Positions 25,366 through 39,738 of a stretch of 64,000 nt of DNA are shown here, in pieces. A program made the position numbers and the translations under genes. This DNA comes from Oopsacas minuta (Eukaryota > Animalia > Porifera), in the NCBI GenBank assembly GCA_024704765.1, contig JAKMXF010000317.1, positions 1-64,000 on the forward strand, read 5' to 3'. Below the pieces are notes generated by a model. That model searched no databases. It was not told the DNA's origin and saw nothing but the letters and a program-made list of their open reading frames with translations. Every line of letters begins with the position of its first letter. Position 1 is the first letter of the stretch.

Positions 25366-26634
25366 ATGGCTTTTGGAGAAGTGATCTTTATTGTTACCAG
25401 GGAATTAAGGATATCTTCCGTTCCTCGAACTCGTGGCCCACAAAATCTCCATGTATAATGTACATTAAATAATTTATGGGGTAGAAAATGACGAACAATG
25501 CTATGGGGATCATTGTTCAATACAGGTTATTTTCAAGAAGATCAATTCGTCCTTACACAATTTTGAGTATTTATTTGTTTGAATTTATTGATATCACAAA
25601 TTGTCAGAATATTCTATGTTAATTATTGATGTTCCGTAATATTTCTATTTGTATCTCAAAGAACTTTCCAATTTCAAAGAATTTTAAACATGATGTTGTT
25701 GTAACTAGCGCGCTTCGCTTACTACGTCGATGGGGGGACAGCTTACTGGAACTTAGACGTTTAATACATTGAAAGATATCACGTTTAACCTATTATACGC
25801 TATACACGAATCATAAAACTTCGTTATATAATGATTTAATATTTATTAGTATCATTTTATGAAGTATCCAAAGAATTCAGTATACACATTTTTAGTCAAT
25901 GTTAACCCGAAATTTTCTACAGACAATAGTGGTCAAAATGTTAAATATATTTGGCATCTAATAATTCCTTGCCTGGTAAGATTCAAGGATATGTTATTTA
26001 CTTGGCTAAATGGAAAAAGTTCTCATGTGATGAATATAAACATAGGTAGAATTCTACCCAATATTTGTGGCATTAGCATATATTGATATTTGATTGAAGG
26101 GAATACAATTTAACATAAATTTGGTAGGATGTATATTTAAGACTGTTCCCCCTTAAAAATTGGTCCGGAGACCAAAATTCCATGGAAAATGGTCAGGAGT
26201 GTAAAACTTTGGGAACCAATTTCCCAGGAACATGACAGTTTATTTTATAATTTTCGCACTATATAGCAAAAATCTTGCAAAATATTACAAAAGTTCGGAA
26301 GGGAGACTGGAATCTCCGCCGATAATATTGGTTATTTGTATATGTTAATGAATCGTTAGAATTTACACTAAAAATTAACTATCTACTATAACTAGGCATT
26401 AGATGATCCGATATTGATCTTATTTACGATGCTCTAACTGCTCTTTCTTGTTCCTCAATCTACTCAAACATACATATATACATACCCATTAACTGAATTT
26501 TTATATTAAACATACTTACTACAGAGATACTTGAGGGAAATATCAATTCAAAACTTTTACCGTATATATCGTAACTGATGCTGTGTACTCTAGGGCTCCG
26601 AAACTCCGAAAATCGGGGTTTGAGTGGTTGATAT

Positions 26635-27023
26635 TAGAGATGCACCGGATATCTGGTCCGACCGGATGATACTATATATAGACAAAATGCATGATTTGAT
26701 GTAATCTATGTAGAATAACTCAAATGTTTAGTCCTAGATATACTGTGCTATAACAAACCTATCGAGACATTTATAATGGAATCAAATAATCCTAAATTTT
26801 TCTGAATATAAAGGAGATGCTCTCCTTTCTCAGGCAACAATCTGTTGCGCCTTTCTTCAAATACAATTCCAGCACTAATAAATGATCTTTCGCTACATAC
26901 TGAGGTAGGTGGAGTACCCAAATGTTTAACAAATTGTCCTGTATACGACCGGATAACCGGAAAATTAGAAGGCTGATATCTTATCAGCTCGGATTGGAAA
27001 TTTTCATATCTGAAGCATCTCTA
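26635..27023. mobile_element. hAT MITE
   Basis: TAGAGATGC / GCATCTCTA ends; TSD GTTGATAT, whose right copy is split by the maT insertion. Confidence 0.8.
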
Positions 27024-27030
27024 GTTGATA

Positions 27031-28340
27031 CAGGGTGGCCAATGAGTTCTGATCAATTGATAAAAATTCATATTTCAAATAATATCAAACTATATTCACT
27101 GAGATTTATTCCAGTTCTATTAGATAACAATATCAATACATTCGATCGTAGCTACTCAATGTAACCGCCTTTCTTTTCGACTACTCTCTTCAAAAGTTAG
27201 GGGAACGTCTCAACGGTGGCTCGTAAGTTATCCTGTGGAATTTTTTCCCACTCACGGTGCAAAGACTTCTTAAGAGCTGCCACACTTGAATGTGACTTTT
27301 GCACAGGCATTTTTCTCCAATATGAATCAGATTGAGAAGTCCATTGGATTCAAATCTGTGCTCGATGGAGGCCATTCCTCCCTGGTAATGAAATCCGGAA
27401 TGTTTTCTAGCAACCAATTTTGGGAATTGTTTGATGTGTGAGCCGGTGTGCCGTCTTACTGGAATAGAAGTGGCTCTTTGTTAAACATCGATTTGCTCAA
27501 ATCTTTCGCCACAGGCTCCAGAATCAACTTTTGATATGTTGACGAATTTATTTTTACCCCTACTGGGACAAAAACTAATAGAGTACGGCCTTTTGCTGAG
27601 ATTCCGGCCCAAACCATCACCGACTGAAGTTTTTGAGTTCGTTTGACATACAGATGCTTTTCTGTGATGCACGAAGGCGTGTGGCCTAATTTTCGATCAT
27701 TTGCTTATTAGTCGCTTCTTCTATGGTGAATAATTTCTCCTCAGAAAATATAGTATTTTCCAGCGGTTGAGTTGCGAGCCGAGCAGCATGCCCTTGCTTC
27801 AAGCAAGTCTCTTTATTCACAATTTTCTCAGAAAGGAAGTGAACTGTTCTTCTTTTAAAAGATTTGAGATGCAGGTCGTTTTTTACAAGGTTTTGCATCG
27901 ATCCATGCGAAACTTTGAGCTCAGAGGCCATTTTTCGGAGAGATCGTCGAGGATTTCGCCGTATTCTATCGATCACAACCTTTTTCAGCCTCGGAGTTGT
28001 ACCGACTTTGGTCGACCGCTTCTTGGCATATCTTTTATGCCCCCCAGTCTTATTGTAACGTTGGATAGTGCGATAAACGATTTTCCTTCTCGATTTAGGG
28101 ATATGGAGCAGTTTCAAAATTTCTCCTGGACGTTTTCCATTAGAAAGTAATTCAATTATTGCTGCTCTTTCCTGATTCATTGTGAAAAAACTCTTGTGTG
28201 GGCTTATATACAATCAAGGTGTTAGATTATGGTAGATAAATGGTCTACTCAAGATATAATTCATTAGAAATAGCGAATACTTACATATCTTACAGTATAG
28301 TAAGTTTTTAATTTTGGGTCAGAACTTATTGGCCACCCTG
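27031..28340 (-). mobile_element. maT (DD37D-type) Tc1/mariner element with decayed transposase (~27152-28180)
   Basis: TA|CAGGGTGGCCAATGAGTTCTGA ... TCAGAACTTATTGGCCACCCTG|TA; MNQERAAIIELL..RRNPRRSLRKMASEL..IFSEEKLF; ends KKGGYIE*. Confidence 0.9.
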
Positions 28341-28636
28341 TATATACGGGTAGGAGTTGGCGGAAAATCGAAAAATCAATTTCATGAGGTAGACAAGATC
28401 TCAAAACAATAAGCATTGCTACAAGAGAACCATTTTGAGAATTTTGTAAAATTTCACCAGCGAAAATTGATGTTTTGATACCAGATTTCCATGGGGCCAT
28501 ATTTTCGAAACATGCTAGACTTTTAGGGACCCCGTGGTACGTACATTTCACGTTACTGAGTTAGATTAATAGCATTGGTGGCAAATATTATGCCAACCTA
28601 TACTATTACAGCGCAAATATCTTTATATTAACAGAC

Positions 28637-29407
28637 CAGAGTTGGAATCGGGTCCACTTTTCAGAACCCGACCCGACGATCTTCAAACCGAACCCGATCC
28701 GAACTCAAAGTGTAAATTAGTATAGATTTTAACTGAAATTCCTCTAAAATATATGTTTTGTTGACATTTTAACTAATACGAGCCTTTGGCTCGTCGCGTC
28801 GCTTCGTGATGAACTCGGCGTATTGCGCCTCGAGATATAAATTATTCCCCAAATTGACGCCTCCTTTGAGTAATATAATATAGATATATTAAGAACAATG
28901 TAATTCACGAATATACTTATATAGCATATATACTATTGAATTATTTTGTAATATCATCCCCATTTTTAACAGTTGACAGCGAGCCTGTACGTATATTTTG
29001 AAATTTGGATAATTTGTTTACTTGATATTATAAAATAGAAATAAATTTACATATAATTAATCCAAAAGTGTGAAAATTGAACTTAGCATGTTCGATATAT
29101 TTAGTGAAGTTTCATTGAATTATATTTACTTCCTTGATAAACAGGATAAATACATAAATTGGCGACAATTTCAAAATTGGATACCGTAAATCCTTTCCTT
29201 GACAATGGACAAACAAACAGACAGATAGACAAACAACAATTGAGATTTAGTAATATACATTAGTTAAAAAATAATATTTGTTCAATAAAATAGAATTAAT
29301 TCATTGAATTTAAAAAATTACGCACAAAGTTCGAACTGATCACCATCGAACCCGAACCCGCTCGAACCCGATCCGACCCGAGAAACCCGAAACCGATTCC
29401 AACTCTG
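28637..29407 (+). mobile_element. hAT MITE interrupted by a Helitron-like copy
   Basis: CAGAGTTGGAATCGG / CCGATTCCAACTCTG TIRs, ACCCG subterminal repeats, partial TSD (TAACAGAC / ATACAGAC). Confidence 0.85.
28779..29259 (-). mobile_element. Helitron-like copy nested in the hAT MITE
   Basis: Reverse complement of the 3475 and 12161 family; 3' hairpin ACGAGCC-TTT-GGCTCGT. Confidence 0.65.
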
Positions 29408-30636
29408 ATACAGACATTAGTGTGAATATATATTTGTCTATGTTTGGAATCGATTATAGAAACTGGAAGGTCCCAGTGCTGATTTTTGACATACAGAGGT
29501 ATTCTGCCCTGGCTCAGACGTAAATTCACACCTATGAGGAATTTATGACTTGATTGCCACCTTTTTGGATTTTCGAAATCCAAAAAGGATTTTATTCCAA
29601 ATGTTTACTGTATAACGTTTGTAGTTAATCACCAATGTGACTTATTTCTTATATTGAAGAGTTTATACAATAATTATAAGTACCATTGTTTCCAAAATAT
29701 TTTGTTGGGTTGTCTACTTTTGAAGGCCTGGTGTGAATACGTTAGTCTTTAAAATACCGTTTGGAGTGCTGCATCTATCGGATAACAAACCGGACGAAAA
29801 GATATCGGTACAATAGCAGAATCTTACAACCCCAAGTTTTTAATGTGGTCAAATTTTGGTTGCAATCATATTTAGAGGTCTGTTGTGGGGGAACGCCGTT
29901 CCCTTTCTTTAAATACCAGGGGGAAAGCGATGCCCTTCTTCATGGCAATATTTTGATTATTAAATAATATCTTTCAGGTTAGAAATTATTATCATAGTTC
30001 AACATTTTAGTCAATATTTATTACCAAGTAATTGTTTTGTATTATCTTATTTTTGTGTATAATATCGTTTTCATTTTGTGATGCTTATTTTCTATCATTT
30101 CAACTTACAAGTACTAAATATGGTGGCATACACGATTTTGAACTCGGAATTTTTTCCACAATTTGTGAAAATATCTTTTATCTCATAGGATGTAGATGTA
30201 GACAGGTTTTGGAAACTAGGACATAATACTGGCGCCGATTACTACATGGGAGGCGCAAGTTAAGTGGAGTGAGGCAGTGTTTTTCAGCGTTCCCTTACTT
30301 TTATGCTTAAGAATACACCACTATTCATATCATATTATCCAAATAGCGAGCTATAGTTTAGCCCCACCACTCAAAATTTGCTCCCTACCCATAACGCATG
30401 ATATCAATCATTGATATTTTGCTATCGGGAAACTTTATATACCCAGTGTAATGCTAAAACCCAATTATCTATTCACATATTCACTGCTTTAGACGAGGAC
30501 AAGTTAATAATTTTTGATTAGGTAAATTACTACTACATGTCGGACTATCACGGTGTTTGTTTTCAACCAAATGGGCAAGTAATGAACACTGCTAAGCATG
30601 TATACATTCCTTGTAATTAGGTATATTTGATTTGCA

Positions 30637-31254
30637 ATGTCAATATTGGAGTATAATGGATCTGCTATTATTGCAATGATTGGAAAGCATTGTGTGGCTA
30701 TCGCTTCTGATAAGAGGCTTGGTATTCAGGCTCAAACAATTAGTACTGATTTTCGTAAGGTGTTCGAAGTGAATTCGGGGCTATTTTTGGGATTACCTGG
30801 ATTGGCTACAGATGTCTCTACAGTTGAAAGGACACTTCAATATCGTCTGAATCTCCTACAATTACGAGAGTCTAGATTATTGACCCCTCGTTCCTTCATG
30901 TATATGGTATCTTCTCTACTTTATGAACGGCGATTTGGACCTTATTTTGTTGAACCGGTTATTGCAGGATTAGATCAAGAGAGCTACCAGCCTTTTATTG
31001 CTACAATGGATTTGATTGGGTGTCCCATGGAAAAAAATGATTTTGTAGTCAGTGGAACTTGTTCTGAACAAATGTACGGTATGTGTGAATCTTTATGGAA
31101 ACCCAATCTTGAACCGTTAGAACTCTTTGAAATTATTTCTCAAGCATTGCTGAATTCGGTTGATAGAGATGCTTTGAGTGGCTGGGGTGGAATTGTACAC
31201 GTTGTGGAGAAGGACAGAGTAACAACAAAACATCTCAGAGCGAGAATGGATTAA
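30637..31254 (+). CDS. PSMB3: Proteasome subunit beta type-3, intronless
   Basis: 205-aa [68 protein letters not shown], typical beta-3 length and motifs. Confidence 0.97.
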   Translation: MSILEYNGSAIIAMIGKHCVAIASDKRLGIQAQTISTDFRKVFEVNSGLFLGLPGLATDVSTVERTLQYRLNLLQLRESRLLTPRSFMYMVSSLLYERRFGPYFVEPVIAGLDQESYQPFIATMDLIGCPMEKNDFVVSGTCSEQMYGMCESLWKPNLEPLELFEIISQALLNSVDRDALSGWGGIVHVVEKDRVTTKHLRARMD

Positions 31255-31499
31255 GCCTTTCAATTTATTTAACATTTGTTAGTTGATTAAATGTATTCTG
31301 GTAAATTTAGGATCTTTAGATCTGTCTTTGAGGATATTACCGATGGCTCATTAGCCTAAATTAGGGTGACCATTGTACAGGATTTTCGTCAAAATGCCTA
31401 AATTGTCCAGGATTTGTTCCTGATATTCACGATTATTATATTTGTATAGGGAGCCTATGAAATTTTCTGATTAGTAATCAATGAACCTTGTATTTATAC

Positions 31500-31910
31500 C
31501 AGAGTTGGAATCGGGTCTGGTCAGGTTCGAAGTTGATCAGTTCGAACATTGTGCGTAATTTTATAAATTCAATGATTTAATTCGATTTTTGAAAGATTAT
31601 ATTTACATTAGAAACATCATATTGAACTCTAATGAAGTGGCCTCAAGAGGAGATTTACGGGATAAATATTATTAACCCATAATATTGCAAGAACAAATTC
31701 TTTAAAATACTAAACATGCTACTACTTAATTTCTCAATACTTATTACGTAAGTATTCGGTATATTTTGTAACAAGTAGATATTTGTTTCTTGAGAATATC
31801 AACTAAACCTATATTTTAGAGGAATTTCAGTTAATATCTACATTTATATACGCTTCGGGGTCGGGTCGGGTCGGGTCGGGTTCCGAAAAGTGGACCAGAT
31901 TCCAATTCTG
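31500..31910 (-). mobile_element. hAT MITE (same family as 28637, opposite orientation)
   Basis: CAGAGTTGGAATCGG / CAGATTCCAATTCTG; exact TSD ATTTATAC; (TCGGG)n subterminal repeats. Confidence 0.9.
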
Positions 31911-33310
31911 ATTTATACGCAGTACAATTGCTAGCCATCATATCGCTCCTTAGGCGCTGGCAACTAATGCCCCTTCATACAACATTCAAAGCCTTATTAT
32001 TAGGTGGGGCATGTGTGCTTTATTGCCTACACCGTACCAATATTTTGGGTAACCACGTTAAAGTCACCCACAACCATAGGTGGTAGTTGTTTCATAAATA
32101 TTGTAGCATTAATGGCATAGATGTGACATTCATGCAGTTGTTCTCTGTAGACCCCCTCAAGCAATTGCACACTTTCTGTAGACCCCCTACAGAAAGTGTC
32201 ATAGACTGTGAGACAAGTTTATATTCCTGGGAACTTCTGCTATCCTCAGTGAATCCCGGGTTGCAATCATTGTTGCTACAGGTGTGCCCAGGCCATTAAT
32301 TCCGCACCTGTTAGTGGAGAGTTTATTATACAAATTCTCATCGCTATTTTTTAGTTTAATTACTTGAGATCACTATGATGTCGCCAATTATTTTTGGATT
32401 GCTACTGGCTTGACAGGGCGACCTGTATTATGAACTTTTCTTAAATCGACACTTAATACGTGCTTAACAATGTTTGATGAAGTTTCACCCATAACGTAAC
32501 AATGGGGCATGTGCCCCCAGCGTCACTGTTTTGGGGCAGCATTTTGACAGTTTGTTCCACATAATGACACAATTCTCACACAATCGCATTCTAATCCTTT
32601 TCAAGTTCAGCTAAGCCTATTACTTGGTGAAAACTGGCACTAGGATATAAAGAAGGGTAATTCTGCCCAATCCACCTTCACGCCACTTGTATCTTGAACG
32701 GTTGTGGATTTGTTGTATTGAAAATTGTTATTGTTGTTATGACAGAAATACACCCCGTACATAAATGCCCCTCCTATATGATTATTAAATATTTAACAAT
32801 GGATGGTGGATTTCGTATATATGCTTAGATGCTCTTCTAAGTTACGCCTTTCTTCGTTGGTTTGTGTATTTCCTATGAATTAGTTACTATCCATGCTTGT
32901 GTTTTTTTTCAGGAATTTTCTGATCAGGGATTTGTGAAGGAATCCTAACAACTTAAATTCAAGAAATCCACCACCCATGGTTAATTTCTGATAAATGGGA
33001 TACCGGCACATTGCTACACGCACACTTCAGGAATTTCGAGGGAACTAATGCGAAGTCTTACAAATTGTTAGACCTCTTATTAGTTCTCTTGAAATTCCCG
33101 TTTGTATCCTTGGAAACTTCACGTGAAATATCCATGTAATGAAGTGTCCGTAACGAAATTGAAAATAGCTAGAATCGGGAACTTCGTAACTTACAATTGA
33201 CATGTTTTTCACAGAGCCATGGATGGTGAGTAGATGGCTATAATTTCTAATATATGGTCTAGACAGGTTAACTATTTATGATATTCCCTTAAATGTATTA
33301 CCAACATATA

Positions 33311-34118
33311 CAGTGGAGTCTCCCAAAACGGACACTCCGAGAAGCGGGGTACCCCCTACAACGGACAAACCTCGTGCCACGTATTGAAGCCAAGCATGTA
33401 ATACTTAAGTAGTCTCCGAGGAGCTGACAACTCCGAATTCCGAACAACGGACAGGGAACTGGCCCCGAATGGCGTGTCTTAATGCAAAATTGTCTCCCAA
33501 AAATGGACACCCAGAAACTGCAACCAATAATTTTCATAGATATCACAAAATTTACATAATAATATGAGTGCTATACAAGTCCCATGTCTTTCAAGTCTTT
33601 CATATTGTCAATGTAAACTTTGGGTCCTTAAAGGCGGTACACACATTGGATTTCTTGTCAATAACCTGCTCTTCTGTTTTCTTTCTCTCCCGTAACCTCA
33701 TCAAATCCTCTATTTACTTCTCTTCTCAAAAATAGTGGAAGTCGAGGATGTTTTGAAGTTGCATGGGCATTGGCACCACAATAGATACTGTAGCTAGTCT
33801 GCAAGTGTCAACCAGTAGACAAAGTTATCTTCCTGCTTATTAGCGCACATATTGTAATATATCTAGAGTATAAAGCAATGCCAATATGCTTACGTTACTC
33901 ATCAGTCATCACTCTATATTATATTCATTCTTATCATAGTATAATAAAACTTGGACTTCTCCCGTAACTATTCAACTTTAATGCATGTAAACTGCATTCA
34001 AATTGATACATATGAGGTGTTTTGATAAAAAGATGGACCAGTCTCCGATAAGCGGACAATTCCCTACAACAGACAGAAGCTATATCACCAACGTGTTCGT
34101 TATTCGGAGACTCCACTA
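33311..34118. mobile_element. Tigger/pogo-like MITE
   Basis: TA|CAGTGGAGTCTCC ... GGAGACTCCACTA|TA; CTCCGA.AAGCGG..CCCTACAAC subterminal blocks. Confidence 0.75.
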
Positions 34119-35099
34119 TATACATATGGTAACAGCGTACACGCTTGTCTTCTCAAAAATTAACAGCTGCATGGCATCTAGAAGTACTTCAAATTTTCGT
34201 CTTGTCTTGTTTATGTCATAATAGTGTATAATTAACAGAAAGTAATCTGAAGCAGGCCCCATTAGAGATTTCACTACGCCTAAACAAATTTAAGGGTGCC
34301 ATTTGAACATATTCTGTTATATCAGGGAACAGTGTTTCCAAGGAAATTTCGAAAAACATTTAATAAACATGATAATAGAATGAATATGCTCAGCACAATG
34401 AACACGGTCCTTAAGGTATAACTCAGAAATCCACGCGCTAAATTTACACTATATGCAAGCTTATTCTATATTCAATAGAATCAATTGAGCACAATCATAT
34501 AATAGTACTGCTATTATTACAAATAATTTTCAATATTTACTATATATATTGGGGGGGGAAGATGCCTTCGGTCGTCAGCATTGCGCCTATCAATGATTCA
34601 TGTACAAGGTTATCAGCAGCAAAACAAAACTTGGCCTAGGCTTCATTTTAGAGCTTATTTTCCAGTTAACTATTTCATTTGAGTTCATCACTTAAATTTT
34701 ACTCTTTTCCCTCCCTAATCTAAATTATTACTGGTCCTCGGATTCTATTACCACATGGCTCCAACTGATTCCTGCCCTGGTACTTTGGTACCAGACTCCC
34801 CCTCTACCGGGCCCTGGTCTGAATACTGAAAAATATAAGTATATCAGTTACGTTACTATAGCTAAAATAATTGGAATTCATTTTCCCTCTATAAACTAAT
34901 CGATTAAAAGGAATTTATTATCATTCAGACCACTTCTACTAATGCATTTAATCAGTGCAATATAGTCTAGACTTACATTTTAAGTTGTTCAGATTTTACA
35001 TTTCTAGCATACTTCACTATAAAATTGACACTAAACCCTACTTCTAATATTTATATCTAAATTTTGACTTATATTTTCTCATATTCAATTTTTTGTCGT

Positions 35100-35680
35100 T
35101 TTCCATTTCAAAGTGCTAGAACTGGATATTGGCAAACAAAATATTCTCTGCAAATTCGGCGTACTTTGCTTGCAGAATCTTTACAGCTACCAGCTATAAA
35201 AGGCTAGCTCTACATCTGTCTGAAATTCTTTTGATTACGAAGTCAAGTTGATTCACAACAGGGATTTTTCCTGTAGGAGTAGGCATTTCTTACACCAACC
35301 TACTAAATCATACCGTTGATAGAATTATATTTACTTTAAAGTTTAATGATGTTGACTACCCTCTTAATATTAAAGCTTCTGATGGTCTAGATTAATCCCG
35401 AGCTATTAACTAAAAGCATTCTTATATAATGATGGATATGGTTGCAAGATTTGTCAGAAGGACTTGAAGCCTGCAATAAGTTGATCAGAAAATATTACAA
35501 GAGTGTGTGGAGGAAATTCAGCTTTGAGGAAAACATTAATCATATGTTTGTCAGGATTTTGTCTCAGAGTGACCCAATATTGTCACATCCAAGCCATTCG
35601 GTAAATAATCTTGAATTAGATGTAGAATTGAAGAGTAGTCAAGATTTACTTGTGATTTTCCTTTTCGTTGATTAAGTAAT
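35100..35680 (+). mobile_element. Transib (RAG1-related) transposase C-terminal remnant
   Basis: LSEGLEACNKLIRKYYKSVWRKFSFEENINHMFVRILSQSDPIL fits the Transib SEE..EA.NK..R....RK......D...RLL..SDP motif. Confidence 0.65.
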
Positions 35681-36199
35681 GATTTTCTACTGATCCCAAA
35701 ATGCAAATACATCTAAAGAATCTCAATTCACATAATATGTTAAAAATAGTTATGGAGTGATAATTTCATACCTCGAAGCCAAACAAAAATGTAATCATTG
35801 TAATAAATTATTTTGAGTCGATTTATCATAGGCAAATACTATTTTTCCTAGCGCAATCTCTAACGCAAATACCTATTTTCAGATAATGACAGGTTTATGG
35901 ATTCTTTTCCAAAGTTGATCATATACGTACATATTTATATGAGTGGCGACCAAACGTGAATTGTAATGATCTGATTGAGATTACTGAATTTAACCTTTTG
36001 AAATTACAGGATTGGGACTCAGAGTTTTCGAATAGAAAATGGACAGTATTATTCCAAGACTACAAGCGAACGTGATTCTTATACAGAAACAATTGAATAT
36101 AAAATGGCCGTGGAGTACAACAGCCATTCTATATTCAATTATTTCTGTAATAAATAAATAATTCATAAAATTTCTATTTAATAACTTAACAGTAAAATT

Positions 36200-36870
36200 G
36201 TGGATAATTATAGTGGAGCTGTAGCGGCAATGCCACGGTTCCTACGCCACTGTTTACCCATTATGAGACAAATTCATCACATGTGGTAAAGACAAGTATG
36301 ACGTATGGCCTCGACCCTTGTTAGCATGTTTGCGAATATGATTGGGGAGGAAAGCATCGTATTCAGCTATAAATTCCAAACAGCAAAGATAGTTCCCATT
36401 GTTCGAAGAACCGACAATACGGGTGAGTACAGCGCGCACGTATTCAAATTCATATTTTTGAATTAATGTTTACAATTCGTTGGCTAACGTGTTTGCCAGC
36501 AGTTAAAGTTTTAATCGAGGCACAGTGGATTTGGCCGTTCTCATGAGCAGCAATCCTTTTTCACCTTTCCTCCAGTTGCTAAAGCAGTAACAAATGGACT
36601 GTGTTCATGCTATGGATGACTAAACAACTTGGAAGAATACCAAAATACAATTTTCTTCGATATCGAATAACTCAGCCAAGAGCGTTGAATTTTGACCCGG
36701 AAGTTTGTGAATCCGGGAAAATACGAGGGAGAACAGAAGCGTATATACTCCCCATTGCAAAAACTGAACCTCGGATTCAATCAGCATCTGCATTTTGGCA
36801 CTGGAAGCTTCCCATTTCGGCCCAACATTTGCGGATTGATTCGTCTCATCCCATGAATGAATATCATTGA
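36200..36870 (-). mobile_element. hAT (ZMYM1-like) transposase remnant
   Basis: GSSNNGNYLCCLEFIAEYDAFL..GRGHTSYLS is typical of this hAT group. Confidence 0.7.
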
Positions 36871-39738
36871 CGTACGTACTGATTTAACACTGTGCAAATT
36901 CAGGTAGGCCATCCTTTTTCACCCGTGGACCCTCTTTCGAAATTTTACCAATTCTCTAGACCTTAGGCTGGGAACCGCTGCGCAAGACTGATAAGGTGCG
37001 AATATTTTGTCCAACAAAGGTATCTTATAGAGCATCGAAGAACCAGATGTTCCCTTATTCGTGGAAATTTTGTGACTATACCACTTTATTATCGCAAGTT
37101 GAATTTAAAATGCGTTCACAATAGTAATCGACGAAACATTGTATAGTAGAACTCGTTTAAGACGTACTCTTGGATGTATCAATTATCCGAAATTTTATTC
37201 TATCTAACCCATTATAAAATGATTCGGTTTCTCTTTTGCGAATTTACAAGAGAAATTTCTACGGCCCATGTATTTAGCATCATAGATGGCCAGGGCGGAC
37301 CATATATGATGCTATGGATGCTTCGGACAGACCGAATAAAGCATGTCAATCCTCTCCCAACGGTAGTTACTTTTCCCGCATACGAATTTACATATTCCGC
37401 AGGCGGATTTACAAATTTAAATGATATAGATTCTGGCAATAACTCTGTAGGGTAAACGTAAATAGACTTATTTTGGTGAAAGCCAACTCGCGTAAATCTC
37501 CCCACATAATACCTCTGCAAAGTCAATAAATTATGTAAATAGGTTGCTTGCGTAAAACCGTACTAAGATTTTGGTGGAAGTCACGTAAAATGCCTCCAAG
37601 AGCCTTGGCATTTCACCATTTTAGTTTGCGTTATGGTATTGTAAATGAAAGGAAGAACTTTGCATATAGTCATCATTGTGTAAAATTTTATGATGAGGTG
37701 GCATTTAGTCAAAATTTTATGTTTGACATGTTGAGGTGTACTTGTGATTCATATTTATCTATATTGGCTGCAAGGCAATATGTAGAAGCGCCGGACGCTA
37801 CTCTAGGTGCATGATTTTTTATGAAAATATATACTCTATAAAAATTACTTGTTTTGTCTATACAGAGATTTCCTTGATAACTCATTTTGAAAGTAGAAAA
37901 TACATATTCTACAATTTTGACATTTTGTTAGTCAAATATAGTAAGATTGTTACGTGATAGAGCAAATCTTACTTCAGATACGGACTCAGCAGACAAAATT
38001 CGTTCTGAGAATGTGTTTTCATACTTTATGAAAAAGAAACGTTAAATTTGTTGACCTATGCACTCTAAGATATTAGACTCTCCATTTCATGAAATGTTCC
38101 CTACAATCAGAGTGTGGAGTTCTGTCATTGCCTAAAAGAGAACAAGTACTCAACATATAATCTAGAGTAGAGTTTATGAGATATCGCTTAGATATTAGGA
38201 ATGATCTTAGATTAATCACATCCCATATACCTGTCAAATTTCACCTTTGCAGCACCTCAATTTAGTACGTCACTATTTCCCTATACATTTATCATTGGAT
38301 AGAACATTTTGTCGTCTTTTCTCAGAGATGAGTCAAGAGGTTGCTTATAATATAAGCCTCATCTATGTTGGACCCAGTTGCATACACATTCCAATTTTCA
38401 AGTTCGTCCTGTGTACTATTGAAAATATCTCCAAAGATGTGAAGTGACCCACCACATTGCTGGACATTGGATGTTGATTAATAATATCACAATGAAATGC
38501 GAGTAGACTTAGAGAATTTTTCGAAATTTCCATTTATTGTCTTGACAGACGGACTTTAAAGGGAAATGTTTCCAAATAAGGGGTATGATCCAACGTAGTT
38601 TCACCTCCTTATCGAATTATGAAAACATTTTCTACATCTGGGCCAAAAATGGTACATTCTTTAAACTAATACATTAGGTTCTTAGTAGCTGGACTATTAA
38701 AGGATCTAAGGAACCGATTTTTTAGTTGTTTCAAGGATTGACAATTTATGAACCTACTAATATATCAATATTGTACAGGTTACACTGTAAACAGCTTGCT
38801 TGTGCTTTGTTCCAGTAAAAATTATTAGACACTTTAGATTTATCTAAGTTAATTAATATAGTTTCAAAATTTATAACAATGGCGAAATAGACATGATGAA
38901 TTAGAATTTATAAACACTTGTAATCACATCGTACGCAATGTTCCCTCTAACTTTCGGAGTGCAGCATATCTGACTGGGGTGTTGTCAAAATTCCGGGGCG
39001 TACAAACATAAATCCGGGTGGTACTGGAAAATGTGATAAATTCTGGAAAATATACTGGGGATCGAACATTTTTAAGCGAAATTCCGGGGGTAAAGTCTAA
39101 AAATAAGAAAATACGATGGTTAAATTGGATAGTGAAAAAACGTGTCATGGCCGGAGCAGCTTATTAGAGCGAATGGGCTCAATGATAATGGACTGTTGGT
39201 GTGAGAACAACACTTCCCATCTGCGATAATGCAAAGTCCTTCGTGTCAATGAGTGTCCGGAAACCCTTGTCATAGTATTCTAATCATATTTACTAAGGAA
39301 ATGGCACACTATATACTCTGGACTAGACGTACGGCGTATGATTTGGGCAGTCCGCGAAAATGGAGAATTTGGTGCGACATTACTTAGCGGCTGGCGCAAC
39401 GGGGTGTGAAATCTGGCTTGAATGGGTTTAACCTGTGTTTATTTTCTAGTTTATACACCTTGGATGAATCTATATGTTAATGTGAAAAAGTCTTTTAGTA
39501 ATACATTTAACAATATGATGGTATAATCTAAGACAAGAAATTTATCAGAAAGTAAACCACCAGCTAAACATGCAATTATATAATATATTGTAGACAGATC
39601 AGAAAATTTGAACTATAAGAATTTCCATCTTCCTCACACCAAATTTAACGAGAATAGTTGACTAAAATTTACAGAATATTGAACATCTATTCGAAATGGA
39701 TAAATGTTGAAACAAGCATCGGTATATTAGTAAAAACA

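Noticed and set aside
32169-32199. Perfect 13-bp stem hairpin ACACTTTCTGTAG-ACCCC-CTACAGAAAGTGT
   Set aside because: Isolated, with no associated element ends or gene context.
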